From a virus: 64,000 nucleotides of DNA. Shown in pieces: positions 10,144-20,232 of the stretch. The notes beneath the pieces are model-generated. The model was not told the DNA's origin. It ran no database searches and was given only the letters and a program-made list of their open reading frames with translations. A program made the position numbers and the translations under genes. Within the stretch, counting starts at the first letter, position 1. Every line of letters begins with the position of its first letter. The stretch spans positions 1-64,000 of IMG/VR virus record IMGVR_UViG_3300034101_005931, one strand, 5' to 3'.

Positions 10144-13100
10144 TTATACTATTACACTATATGTTTCATTGGACGTAAAGGTACCCACAGCTAAATATGT
10201 ATACACATAATAGTTAGTTGGGAATAAACTATTAGCTCCATTTACCGATACCGTTGTTTGTGTAAAGTCTCCTGTTACGTTAAAGCCTAGGCCGTTTCTC
10301 ACTTCGGATATTACGCCAAAGGTTGTTGGATAAGTGATTACAATTCGTTTTGTACCCGCATAAATCGGAATATCGAATGTTGTTCCGTTAGCAGGCCATG
10401 TACTACCGCTTCCTATCACCCCTGTTAATCCACGAATAGCCGATGAATCAGCTGGTGCAGATGCAGAAGTATCATTGCTATAAAATAATTTTCTTTTTCC
10501 TGTAATTGTCATGGTTCCTGGTGCTCTACCTGGACCAAATGCAGGTTGTAGCACACTCTTACTATTTATTGGTTGAGCACCGACATCAAACCCAATATTA
10601 ATAGCATATGAATTTGTCCCATCATTAATATTTGCTGCTGTTGTAAGTAAAGTGTTAGTTAAATTATTTACTTCGCCGAAGAAAAGGTAATTATTTGCTG
10701 CCCCAGCCGCATTTATTTGGAAGGCTGATGGATTCCAGACACCACCAACGAGTTTACCAATCCAGGCACCAGTATTTAATGCAGCTGTAAAGCTAGCTGT
10801 TTGTTCACCTACTTCAACTTGTCCACCGTTAGAGATGGTTACAGAGTTTATTAAAGCAGTCATCGATCCTGATGCAAAAGGACTTACAGTTGGGAAAGAT
10901 ACCTGTGTTAATAGTCGCTCCATACAATGCTGAAGAGTAGCGCCATTTCTTAAAATAGAAAGAGCTGTTAATGCCCCAACTGCTAAATCTGTCGTAATAT
11001 CAGATGTTAACGTACCACCACCACCACCAAGACCTAACGACCATAAATCTACACCAGCAGAAAGTATCTGACGTGCATCAGAAGTATTGTTTGATGAAAT
11101 GCTACCGTTCACGGTTAATTTGGCGACAGGCTCAATATTATAAACATTATTGACATATGGATGATTAATACCAATGCCTATATTTCCATTAGCGCCAACA
11201 CGCATATATTCCTTAAATTGTTGACCGTAGAAATTAGAGAACGACCCGAATCTTAGCGGGTCACCTTCCTTTACGTTAATGAACGCCTGCGCGTCTCCGG
11301 TTCTACCTCCGAAGAATTTTAAGAAGTGAGCAGGGCCAGGAAAAGGGTTGCCGCTTTCTGCAATAGAGAGACTATAATTAGCTCCTACCGACTCACTTCT
11401 AAGGTCAAAAAGTGATTGACCATCGGTACTTGCTGCTGTTAAGGATACCCATGGTGCTGTTGATCTATCTACACCGTGAACTCTAATATTACCACCATTA
11501 ACAAACAGTAGGTTAGAGAATAAGGGATCAACTCCTTGGTTCCAGGTTGTTTGATTGGTAACTGAACGGTCGCCTATACCTACAAAGCCTGGAAAATATG
11601 CACCACCAGCAGCTGATACCATGAATTGACCGACGCGGGTTGTTTCTAGCTGTTTTGTATGCGAGTAATCCCCCCCAAATATATACGAATTATCAAATTT
11701 TGCATTAGCCAAGCGTCCATACGCGTAAGAACCGCTTCCTGTGGCTATAGTTGTATCACCTGCTGCGTAAGAGAAATTACCAGCAGCTGAGGTATTAGAG
11801 CCTATTGAAAAACTCGCGTACCCAAAAGCGCTTGACCCATCCCCACCTACAAACGCACCGGACGCATCTGGACCTGTAGTTAGGTTACGCCCAACAGCCA
11901 TACTCGCTGGTCCAATTGTTAATGTCTCACGGCCACCTGCGTTTGAATAAACACCCCATGCAGTAGTTTGTACACCCCATGTTTTACAGCCATCTAAAAC
12001 TGCAACCGTATCATTGCCCTCAGCATGTGAATTGTGTCCAAGAGCTCTTGTAAGCATACCTTCGGAGTGTGCGTATGTGCCTTGTGCTAAAGTTCTAAAC
12101 CCTTCAGCATGAGCACCTAAGCCAAATGCACTTGTGTAGATACCCTCACTATGTGTTGCCCACCCTTGAAGTGGCTCACCTGCAAATGTTTCATATCCTT
12201 CAGCATGGCTAGCAAATCTTGTTGCTTGTGTATTGAACCCTTCTGCGTGTGTGTAAATATCAGAAGCTATTGTTCTAAACCCCTCAGCATGTGCACCGCT
12301 CGCTGCAATAGTTTCTATACCTTCGGCGTGACCATAAGATGAAAGTACCTGTGTGCGTTGACCCTCTGCGTGTCCGAAATGTGCACCACTATTAACTCGG
12401 GTTTGCAAACCTTCAGCATGTGCACCTACATCGAGAGCACTCGTACCTACCCCTTCAGTATGACTGAATAACCCGACAGCCATGGTAGATAGGCCCTCAG
12501 CATTTGTGTATATACCTAAAGCGCTTGTACCAAATCCTAGTGTATGTGAACCCTCACCGAGTGCTATTGTACCGCGACCTTCAGAATGTGAATTGACACC
12601 AATAGCGAATGTACTAAATCCTTCCGAATGTGAAAAATTACCTCGTGCAAGTGTTAGGTTACCCTCAGAGTGTGCATTAGTACCAAAAGCACTTGTAGAT
12701 ACACCTTCACTATGTGAACCAAACCCAGTTGCAAGTGTTGTTGTACCTTCAGCGTGGGCATACTGATCATCTGCAATGTTTGCATTTCCTTCAGCATGGC
12801 TATAAACACCGTAAGCAACATTTCCTAACCCCTCTACATGGCTTCCTTCACCTATAGCTTGGTTATTTGCACCTTCAGTGTGTGAAAAATCACCAATCGA
12901 TTGGTTATTATTACCCTCAGCATGGGATGCGGTTCCTGTGGAAGTGTTTCCTGTTCCTTCCGCATGCGATGAAGGCCCAACAGCTATACTGTTATTGATA
13001 GCGAAAGAGTTCGTTCCTGAGGCTCTACCAGAGTTGAACGCAGCTGCATCATCTGCAAACGCTCTACCTGAGTTAGCTGCTAAAGTTCGGGTAGCGGTTG

Positions 13101-13611
13101 CACTGCCTGCTTGAAATTCAGTGTTACCTGAAGCCGTTACACTACCACAAATAGTAACTCTCCGATCTAATTTAGGAGCTACATCGTTAATGACTATTTG
13201 ACCGTTATTGGCGATTAATAAAGCATTACGACCTGCAACACCATCTGACGAATCTGCATCTAAAAATCTCGCTACAGGTTGATTACCACCAGTTTGCTGT
13301 ACCGTCATTGCTGGCCCAGTACCGTGATTAATTACTGATAATGAACTCGTAGCGGTAACATATGATTCAAAATATGATTGGTCTCCATATACAGAGAGAT
13401 TGCCCATGATTGTTACATCTCTCCCTATAAAGCCGTCTCTGTTAATATGTAAATTTTGAGCACTTACCGTGGCATTAACAACCAAATCACCCTGAAATGG
13501 CTCTTCCTTAGAAGCTATAGGATCAGTACCAGAATCAGGGTAGTTTGGTGTAGCAATAGAATGGTGATTTCTTCTATGTAGCTTATTATGAAATCTTGCA
13601 TTATCAGCCAT
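10144..13611 (-). CDS. Large adhesin/tail fibre with YadA-head-like (Hep/Hag) beta-roll repeats
   Basis: More than 20 tandem 14-aa (S/A)H(A/S/T)EG repeats. Confidence 0.85.
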   Translation of the reverse strand: MADNARFHNKLHRRNHHSIATPNYPDSGTDPIASKEEPFQGDLVVNATVSAQNLHINRDGFIGRDVTIMGNLSVYGDQSYFESYVTATSSLSVINHGTGPAMTVQQTGGNQPVARFLDADSSDGVAGRNALLIANNGQIVINDVAPKLDRRVTICGSVTASGNTEFQAGSATATRTLAANSGRAFADDAAAFNSGRASGTNSFAINNSIAVGPSSHAEGTGNTSTGTASHAEGNNNQSIGDFSHTEGANNQAIGEGSHVEGLGNVAYGVYSHAEGNANIADDQYAHAEGTTTLATGFGSHSEGVSTSAFGTNAHSEGNLTLARGNFSHSEGFSTFAIGVNSHSEGRGTIALGEGSHTLGFGTSALGIYTNAEGLSTMAVGLFSHTEGVGTSALDVGAHAEGLQTRVNSGAHFGHAEGQRTQVLSSYGHAEGIETIAASGAHAEGFRTIASDIYTHAEGFNTQATRFASHAEGYETFAGEPLQGWATHSEGIYTSAFGLGAHAEGFRTLAQGTYAHSEGMLTRALGHNSHAEGNDTVAVLDGCKTWGVQTTAWGVYSNAGGRETLTIGPASMAVGRNLTTGPDASGAFVGGDGSSAFGYASFSIGSNTSAAGNFSYAAGDTTIATGSGSYAYGRLANAKFDNSYIFGGDYSHTKQLETTRVGQFMVSAAGGAYFPGFVGIGDRSVTNQTTWNQGVDPLFSNLLFVNGGNIRVHGVDRSTAPWVSLTAASTDGQSLFDLRSESVGANYSLSIAESGNPFPGPAHFLKFFGGRTGDAQAFINVKEGDPLRFGSFSNFYGQQFKEYMRVGANGNIGIGINHPYVNNVYNIEPVAKLTVNGSISSNNTSDARQILSAGVDLWSLGLGGGGGTLTSDITTDLAVGALTALSILRNGATLQHCMERLLTQVSFPTVSPFASGSMTALINSVTISNGGQVEVGEQTASFTAALNTGAWIGKLVGGVWNPSAFQINAAGAANNYLFFGEVNNLTNTLLTTAANINDGTNSYAINIGFDVGAQPINSKSVLQPAFGPGRAPGTMTITGKRKLFYSNDTSASAPADSSAIRGLTGVIGSGSTWPANGTTFDIPIYAGTKRIVITYPTTFGVISEVRNGLGFNVTGDFTQTTVSVNGANSLFPTNYYVYTYLAVGTFTSNETYSVIV

Positions 13612-13660
13612 ATATAGTATTTATAAAAAATAGTGGTATTGTTTAAATACTTATGTAATT

Positions 13661-13846
13661 ATGGAATTACCCAATCTAAATAAAACACAGAAATTTATAG
13701 TTGATACATTAAAAGAAAAAATAGGTAGTGAATTCACGGAAAAATGGCTTTTTCTTAAAAACAAACATTTTATGAATCGAGCTCCTATTGATTTTATTTT
13801 ATCAGAAAACTATGACTATTTTCGTTATATAATGGATGATAACTAA
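13661..13846 (+). CDS. Orphan MbcA/ParS/Xre antitoxin C-terminal-like domain
   Basis: EKWLFLKNKHFMNRAPIDFI matches the WLxxpNxxlgxxxPxdll pattern. Confidence 0.55.
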   Translation: MELPNLNKTQKFIVDTLKEKIGSEFTEKWLFLKNKHFMNRAPIDFILSENYDYFRYIMDDN

Positions 13847-13864
13847 TAGTAATAAATACTTATC

Positions 13865-14989
13865 ATGTTAGATTTCTTTAAACAACCTGTTGCTTCAACA
13901 GAAAAACTTGATTCTTATCATACAATTTTTGGATTTGATACAACAAGTAAAACAGCAGCACAGGCCATCGATATTATCTATTGGTTTATTATATTTGTAG
14001 CTTACTGTTTCGCATTTCATGCTTTAGATGTAATTTTAGTTTCATGGAACTGGTTCCTTGTAGGGTTAGCGAGTTTAGCTGTTGTGGGTTTGCCATACTG
14101 TGTAAAAATAATACTCTTTGGCAGAAAAACGTTTCCTTTAAAAGCAGCGTTGCTTTGCGGTTTTCTTAGCATTCTTCCTACAGTATTTGATTTTGCGGGG
14201 TTATACTCTGAAACCGGTTTGCAAGATAGTTTAAATAGAAGTAAGACAGAAATTGTACAAACACTAACCGACTTCGAGGCACAGAGCCGTCGTGCTGCTC
14301 AGCAGCAAATACTCACTATTCAAAACAACGAAAGAGCAAAGACTACGGAACTCGAAGAACAATTAGGACAAACGCTATTAACAAAACAAAAAGAATTAGA
14401 GAATGCACGACAAGAAATTATAGATGAAAAGACTGGTGTACAATCTAACTCTACTTCTGGAAGGTCAGGAGCTGGTCCAAGAACACGCGAGCTTGAAGCT
14501 ACAGTTAGAAGACTTGAAGCGCAAGTTAATCTCGAACAAAAAAATTTAAAAGAAAACGTACAGCGTGCATCAGTTAATGTACAACAAGAGACGAAACAAC
14601 AAATTGAAGCTGTAACACAATCTATTCAGCTGTTGGATGCAAGAATAATAGAGACAAAACAAATTATATCACAGGCACATAAATTTCACGAACTCGACCT
14701 TGCAGTAATTAATGCTAACAGCTTAATTTCATCAATTGCTTCTAACTTAAATGTGGTGTTTAAACCTGTAGAGATAAAAGGATCAAGTAATATCTTAAAT
14801 CTTTCTTTTGGTGCCTTATTTGCATTCGAAATAACAGCACTCATATGTATGCTGCTCGCGATTTTAATGGAAATAGGTGATATAGTTATTGTCTACGTTA
14901 TACGTTATGAAAGACAACAACCGAAAACAAAGATCGTTAAGGTTGAATCAAAACCCTATCTATACAGAAAAACATATGAAGGGTATTAG
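13865..14989 (+). CDS. Membrane protein with long coiled coil (DUF4407-like architecture)
   Basis: Three N-terminal TM segments, coiled coil with EKTG...SGRSGAGP turn, C-terminal TM. Confidence 0.6.
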   Translation: MLDFFKQPVASTEKLDSYHTIFGFDTTSKTAAQAIDIIYWFIIFVAYCFAFHALDVILVSWNWFLVGLASLAVVGLPYCVKIILFGRKTFPLKAALLCGFLSILPTVFDFAGLYSETGLQDSLNRSKTEIVQTLTDFEAQSRRAAQQQILTIQNNERAKTTELEEQLGQTLLTKQKELENARQEIIDEKTGVQSNSTSGRSGAGPRTRELEATVRRLEAQVNLEQKNLKENVQRASVNVQQETKQQIEAVTQSIQLLDARIIETKQIISQAHKFHELDLAVINANSLISSIASNLNVVFKPVEIKGSSNILNLSFGALFAFEITALICMLLAILMEIGDIVIVYVIRYERQQPKTKIVKVESKPYLYRKTYEGY

Positions 14990-15465
14990 CGCTTGCCGGG
15001 TTTAAGTTTTTTGACCGAGCAGATACAAAATTCTACATACGGGCAACCTACACAGCATCTTCCGTTATCCAAATAGATGTCCGGTCGAAGACATGCATGC
15101 TCTGTCATACTTTCAACATAAGCTTGAAATGACGCCCACTTGACAGGTGGTTTTGGGGTAAATGTTAAATCCTTATACTCTACTTTAGTATTTTTAGGTT
15201 TTTTAAGTAGCTTAAGCTTAATTAAAGCATTTTTATCAATAACAAAGCCCTGTTTACCTTTAGGCAGCAATTTTTTTTGTACCTCTTCCGGTTGTTGTCT
15301 TTGTTTTAAAAGTTTTTTAGCACTACGGTCTATGTAGTGTTTTTTAAATTGTTCAAAAGAGCCGAACTTACTAATACCTTTTGTAATAACGTTTTTTGAA
15401 ACACGTTTCTCTATCCCTGTTACAATACAAGCAATTATTGTGCTTTTGACTTTATCGGTGCTCAT
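14986..15465 (-). CDS. Hypothetical basic, Cys-rich protein (paralogue of 16081..16425)
   Basis: CIVTG...GSxExFxxxYIxRxAxxLLK shared with the divergent gene; Cys cluster at C-terminus. Confidence 0.65.
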   Translation of the reverse strand: MSTDKVKSTIIACIVTGIEKRVSKNVITKGISKFGSFEQFKKHYIDRSAKKLLKQRQQPEEVQKKLLPKGKQGFVIDKNALIKLKLLKKPKNTKVEYKDLTFTPKPPVKWASFQAYVESMTEHACLRPDIYLDNGRCCVGCPYVEFCICSVKKLKPGKR

Positions 15466-15559
15466 TAATGTTAATTATGTTATTAAGTGACAAGAAAATA
15501 GCAACTTCCTAAAAAAAAAGGTTGCTTCTCCAAAAATTTAAAGCTATTATTAATGGAGC

Positions 15560-15754
15560 ATGGGTAAAGTATCACCAAAAAAAATCGAAGACCTAATTAA
15601 AAAAGGTCGACTTGTTCCAGTAATTAAATCTGATTCTGATGGGAAGCATTTTTTAATTGGTTATAAGCGCAAAAGCACTAGCAGAAAACATAAAGACACT
15701 TTTATGTTACCTGAACCGGAAGAAATTCAAGTACCTAATTTTTCAAAAAAATAG
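15560..15754 (+). CDS. Hypothetical basic protein
   Basis: ORF behind a TTGCTT..TATTAT promoter-like sequence. Confidence 0.6.
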   Translation: MGKVSPKKIEDLIKKGRLVPVIKSDSDGKHFLIGYKRKSTSRKHKDTFMLPEPEEIQVPNFSKK

Positions 15755-15809
15755 TTGCAATATCTAACAACTATTTTAGTATGAATAACCGAAAGGAGGT
15801 GAAATAACA

Positions 15810-16001
15810 ATGGATTACAATAACACCGATCTACGTCCTAAGACGTTCTACGTTCAAATTGAGCGTCAGCGTAACGGAGAGTTTCGTGTCAAAAAGGCGA
15901 ATGTTCTCGAGAAGACTAACCAGTATGCTCGTACCCTTCGTCGTATTGATGCACGCGATTTTACTCGCGCTCTTCGTAGCAGCAACATCACCGTCGCCTA
16001 A
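15810..16001 (+). CDS. Small Arg-rich protein, probably highly expressed
   Basis: Strong SD AAGGAGGT, CGT-biased codons, own terminator. Confidence 0.75.
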   Translation: MDYNNTDLRPKTFYVQIERQRNGEFRVKKANVLEKTNQYARTLRRIDARDFTRALRSSNITVA

Positions 16002-16022
16002 TACTCAACGGCTAGATGTCAT

Positions 16023-16060
16023 AGAGTGCCGAACCTTTGGTTCGGCATTTCTATTTATTT
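16023..16060 (+). terminator. Rho-independent terminator
   Basis: TGCCGAACC-TTT-GGTTCGGCA followed by T-rich tract. Confidence 0.8.
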
Positions 16061-16080
16061 TAAAGTAGTAAAAAATCTAC

Positions 16081-16425
16081 TTGAAATCATTTCAAACCCA
16101 TTTAATATGTTCACTTATGACAGCAGACCTTATTTCAGAAATTAATAAAAGATTTAAAAAGTCTATTACTAAAGATCCTAATGTCTTAACGTGCATAGTT
16201 ACAGGTAGGTCTAGACCAACAAACTCTCAATATTTGGAAGAAAAGTCGATCAAAGCTGGATCAAAAGAACGTTTTATTCAATATTATATTTGCAGAGATG
16301 CGTTAACTCTTTTAAAATCCGGTAAAACGTTGGAAGAAGTAAGGCAGGAATTTAGTGTAAGTACAGATGTTCTGCAGCCAAGTAATGAGGACATCGTTGA
16401 AGCACTTAAAATAAATGGAAAATAG
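16081..16425 (+). CDS. Hypothetical protein (true start probably 16117)
   Basis: Paralogous to 14986..15465. Confidence 0.6.
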   Translation: MKSFQTHLICSLMTADLISEINKRFKKSITKDPNVLTCIVTGRSRPTNSQYLEEKSIKAGSKERFIQYYICRDALTLLKSGKTLEEVRQEFSVSTDVLQPSNEDIVEALKINGK

Positions 16426-16428
16426 TTC

Positions 16429-16734
16429 TTGCCAAAATATTTAAATTCCTTCATTATAGGTACGATGAAAACATTACCGAAAGTCCTTGAACAAAAAGGT
16501 TTTACCCTTAAGCAAATTAAACGCGAAGGGGACAAAGCTATTTACGAGCAGACTAAAGAAGGATTTGTCAAAAAACACTACGAAGTAATCCGAATAAATC
16601 GACATAATGGATATACTCTCGGAGAGCAATTTATTGCTCCGGCCGAAACTTACCCTGGAGCATCCCAATGGGGTGTCAACGGTTGGACTTGTTTAGATCT
16701 AAAGTCGGCCGAAGCAAAATATAAAAAGCTTTAA
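16429..16734 (+). CDS. Hypothetical phage protein (true start probably 16465)
   Basis: KQIKREGDKAIY...HYEV...ETYPGASQWGVNGWT. Confidence 0.65.
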   Translation: MPKYLNSFIIGTMKTLPKVLEQKGFTLKQIKREGDKAIYEQTKEGFVKKHYEVIRINRHNGYTLGEQFIAPAETYPGASQWGVNGWTCLDLKSAEAKYKKL

Positions 16735-16770
16735 TTCCTAAACGTGTTCCTGTAATATTATTACTGTTAT

Positions 16771-17688
16771 ATGAAACTTGGTTTGCAATCTACTTCGTTT
16801 GTCCGAGTTAAGGACATTGAAATCCCTGATATCTATAATCGTCGTCTAAAATGTGACTACGATGTTATTGACAAAATGTTTGGAGGCGGAATGCTTCCTG
16901 GCTCGGTCATTACTCTAAGTTCTCGGGCTGGTCTCGGCAAAACTACATTTGTTTTACAAATTCTTGAACGCCTAGCGGACAAAGGATTTGATGTGGGTTT
17001 TTGTAGCTCAGAAGAGTCTGTTTATCAGGTTGCTTTTAACTGCCGTCGTATCGGGGTCAAGAGTGTTGGTATATGTAACGAGAGTAAAATGGAAAAAATT
17101 CTCGAGTTCATGGAGCACATGGATGTAGTAGTTGTCGACTCTTTTCAGGGTATTGACATTAAAGATAAATCCGACAAAGCAGTTATCGAGACGTTCATTC
17201 AAAAAGCCAAAACAACTGAATGTGTTTTGATCCTTATCTGTCATCTTACCAAAAGCGGTGATATGAGAGGTACCAATTTGTTAACATACGCTGTTGATGT
17301 TAATGTGAATCTAGATCTTATTAAGGATAGCGTTGATGGTGCTCGTAATATACGTACAACAAAGAACCGGTTCGGTCCTGGAGGCGACTTTGATTGTACG
17401 CTTACAGAATACGGGTTTGACTTTGTTAATATTATTACAGATAAGGATGAACGGGTCTCTAAGAAAGAGGGTCAACGTCGTACAATTCTTACCATGGACG
17501 GTAAAATTACAATCAGCACTGTCAGTAAACAGCTTGATATTGATGCAACACGTGCTGGCTATTTACTTCGCGAGCTTGCAACAGAGGGTAAACTCAAACA
17601 GCGCGGCCGTGGTAAAAAAGCTACATGGAAGCTTACTTCTGAACCAAAACAGGTAGTGGAAGTTTTTAAGCTACCAGCATATATATAA
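16771..17688 (+). CDS. RadA/Sms-like RecA-fold ATPase with C-terminal winged HTH
   Basis: Walker A SRAGLGKTT, Walker B VVVDSFQ, ICHLTKSG, KNRFG motif. Confidence 0.85.
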   Translation: MKLGLQSTSFVRVKDIEIPDIYNRRLKCDYDVIDKMFGGGMLPGSVITLSSRAGLGKTTFVLQILERLADKGFDVGFCSSEESVYQVAFNCRRIGVKSVGICNESKMEKILEFMEHMDVVVVDSFQGIDIKDKSDKAVIETFIQKAKTTECVLILICHLTKSGDMRGTNLLTYAVDVNVNLDLIKDSVDGARNIRTTKNRFGPGGDFDCTLTEYGFDFVNIITDKDERVSKKEGQRRTILTMDGKITISTVSKQLDIDATRAGYLLRELATEGKLKQRGRGKKATWKLTSEPKQVVEVFKLPAYI

Positions 17689-17691
17689 TAT

Positions 17692-17850
17692 ATGGCAGGC
17701 AAAGGAGACAGACCACGTAGTTGTTTTTCATCACAATTTAAAAAAAATTACGACTCTATAAACTGGTCAGACAAAAAAAAGAAAAAAGATGGGCCTGCTG
17801 AACAAATTAAAAAAGGAAAAAAAATTTATGTCTATTCTAATTCTCGGTAA
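17692..17850 (+). CDS. Small basic phage protein (52 aa)
   Basis: Manual translation MAGKGDRPRSCFSSQFKKNYDSINW...; below ORF-track cutoff. Confidence 0.65.
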   Translation: MAGKGDRPRSCFSSQFKKNYDSINWSDKKKKKDGPAEQIKKGKKIYVYSNSR

Positions 17851-18700
17851 AGGTTTTGTAGGGACACATCTACACGAACATTTTCAAAAAAATAAAATAC
17901 AGAGTACCATTTACGGTCAGTCCGAATTGGAGTATACAGATTCTAATACCCTAGCAGCTTATTTAGACGAACCAGGGAACAAAATAGATATTGTAATAAA
18001 TTGCTCTGGGTACACTGGTGTACCTAATGTTGACGCTTGTGAAGACAATAAAGAACTTTGTTATAACTACAATGTAGCGTATCCGTTGCAGGTTTTAAAC
18101 GTTTGTGAGCGTCGTAAGATACCTGTTATTCACATAGGATCAGGATGCATATACTCAGGCTATGAAAAAGAATATACAGAAAATGACACCCCGGACTTTG
18201 GCATATTTTCTAATGAATCGTCCTATTATAGTAAATGTAAACACATATTTGAAACATTCGCTAAACACTTTCAATGCTCCGTACTTAGAATACGGATTCC
18301 TTTCACTTCTGATAATTCTCGAAAGAATTACTTTACTAAACTTATAAACTACGATTCACTCATAAGTGAAAACAACTCAATTACATCTATAACAGATTTT
18401 AATGAGTTCATTGTTAAATTTATAAACAAAATTAAAGATGGTACCATTAACCATGGCTTGTATAATGTTGTTAACCCCGATCCTGTGACAGCAGAATGTG
18501 TTGTTACACTACTAAAGAAATATAATATCAATAACCCCAATTGGTCTTTTATTAAGGTAAGTGAGCTCAATACAAAAGCAAATAGATCAAACTGCGTGTT
18601 GTCGGCAGAAAAAATAAAATCCATTGGACTTTCCTTGCCTCCTACATTAGAATCGCTTGAACGAGACATACAGCTTCTCTCACAAACGATCAATGACTAA
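17789..18700 (+). CDS. RmlD-like NDP-sugar epimerase/reductase (true start probably 17828)
   Basis: ILILGKGFVG, NCSGYTGVPNVDACE, HIGSGCIY, YSKCK. Confidence 0.85.
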   Translation: MGLLNKLKKEKKFMSILILGKGFVGTHLHEHFQKNKIQSTIYGQSELEYTDSNTLAAYLDEPGNKIDIVINCSGYTGVPNVDACEDNKELCYNYNVAYPLQVLNVCERRKIPVIHIGSGCIYSGYEKEYTENDTPDFGIFSNESSYYSKCKHIFETFAKHFQCSVLRIRIPFTSDNSRKNYFTKLINYDSLISENNSITSITDFNEFIVKFINKIKDGTINHGLYNVVNPDPVTAECVVTLLKKYNINNPNWSFIKVSELNTKANRSNCVLSAEKIKSIGLSLPPTLESLERDIQLLSQTIND

Positions 18701-19280
18701 ACTTAAACATCTTTTAGGAGATATTGTCAAGCAATGTGTTGACAATAATATAGAGCTTAAGCTTGTGCCAAAAGATCACGTATTGGTGGATCACAATATT
18801 AAATGCTCAGGTTATTTCGACGACACATCACTTGTAGTGGCATCTGGTAAGAAAGATTGGGTCGATGTTTTAATTCACGAGTCTTGTCATCTTGATCAAT
18901 TTATAGGTAAATCAAAAATATATGATAAAGGTGGCAGGGGTATTATTATTATTGATGAATGGCTCGGCGGTAAAAACATTAATAAAACTAGATTGTATAA
19001 ATCGTTTCAAGATTCTATTTTAATGGAATTAGACTGCGAAAAGCGAACAGTTAAAAAGATCAAAAAATATAAAATTAATATAAACATTACAAAATATATA
19101 CAACAGGTTAACGCCTATCTTTTAAGCTATTGGGCTACATATCAAAATCGCAAATGGTACCCGTTCCCGTATAACAACCCCCGTATTGTAAAAAATATGC
19201 CTAAAGTCTTTTTACAGCCTAAAGAATACCTTGCACCTCATGAGGTGTACCTTAAATTCTTTAATGAAAAAGGTTCTTAA
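18657..19280 (+). CDS. Putative zinc metalloprotease-like protein
   Basis: LIHESCH (HExxH) with downstream ELDCE. Confidence 0.55.
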   Translation: MNETYSFSHKRSMTKLKHLLGDIVKQCVDNNIELKLVPKDHVLVDHNIKCSGYFDDTSLVVASGKKDWVDVLIHESCHLDQFIGKSKIYDKGGRGIIIIDEWLGGKNINKTRLYKSFQDSILMELDCEKRTVKKIKKYKININITKYIQQVNAYLLSYWATYQNRKWYPFPYNNPRIVKNMPKVFLQPKEYLAPHEVYLKFFNEKGS

Positions 19281-19533
19281 GCCATTCTTAGAAGAAGACG
19301 CTGTATACTATTCTGATTTTAGCGGTAAGTTAATTGACCCCTTATATCGAGCATCACCGTGTGAAGTGACCCTAGAGTTTAATTACGGATCTAAGTACGA
19401 CGGAGAAAAAATAACTCTACACTTAACAGATGATGAAAGTGAAGATTTATTAGTGTATTTAAATTCAAAACTCATTCAGGAAACCAAAAATGAACTAAAT
19501 AAGTTTTATGGAGAAAAAAAGGCGGTGATGTAA
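19231..19533 (+). CDS. Hypothetical protein (true start probably 19264)
   Basis: FNYGSKYDG motif; coupled to neighbours. Confidence 0.6.
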   Translation: MHLMRCTLNSLMKKVLKPFLEEDAVYYSDFSGKLIDPLYRASPCEVTLEFNYGSKYDGEKITLHLTDDESEDLLVYLNSKLIQETKNELNKFYGEKKAVM

Positions 19534-19746
19534 ATGATTGAGTCTTTTTTTATTGCTTCAGTAATAATTTTTATTGTATGTTTTGTGATAGGTGTAATTG
19601 TTTCTATGATATATGGGGATAACGTCGAAAAATATTTTAAAAGCTATGATGTTTTAATTAATATTATGACTTGGTCAATATTCACTACAATACCTACAGG
19701 TCTTTTTGTCTTAGTAAAGAAGTTTTTTATTGATTTTCTTTCATGA
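19534..19746 (+). CDS. Small two-TM membrane protein
   Basis: Two hydrophobic segments. Confidence 0.55.
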   Translation: MIESFFIASVIIFIVCFVIGVIVSMIYGDNVEKYFKSYDVLINIMTWSIFTTIPTGLFVLVKKFFIDFLS

Positions 19747-19770
19747 AGCATTTATTATAAATATCAACAC

Positions 19771-20088
19771 ATGGAAAAATATAAAAAGATATTAGAAAAG
19801 AAAGAGCTCTATATTCAGTTTTCTGATGAAGAGATGTCTGAAATTGGGTGGGAAGAGGGTCAAAAGCTATCCTTATCTTTCGATAAGGTTACAGGGTCCA
19901 TTTTTTTAAAACCATATGTTAAAGTGGATGTTGATATGTCAGAATGGTCAAGAGAGGTACTGGAGTATATTGTTGGTGTTTCCTGTGAGAAAGACATTTC
20001 ATGCAACCAAGTCATCGAAGATGTGTTAAAAGACACAATTAAAACACGCGACACACTTAATAAAAAGGAAGAACTACTCTGTGAATAA
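19771..20088 (+). CDS. AbrB/MazE-like DNA-binding protein
   Basis: LYIQFSDEEMSEIGWEEGQKLSL swapped-hairpin pattern. Confidence 0.6.
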   Translation: MEKYKKILEKKELYIQFSDEEMSEIGWEEGQKLSLSFDKVTGSIFLKPYVKVDVDMSEWSREVLEYIVGVSCEKDISCNQVIEDVLKDTIKTRDTLNKKEELLCE

Positions 20089-20232
20089 TAATATAAACAC
20101 TATACTTTTTGTAATACTATCAATTTTAATAATACAACTTATGGTTCTATTTTCAAATGAAATACGCTTTTCAAGACTAGAACAAAAAATTGATCAATAT
20201 TTCGCCCCGATTGATGACGTTGACTTACCTAA

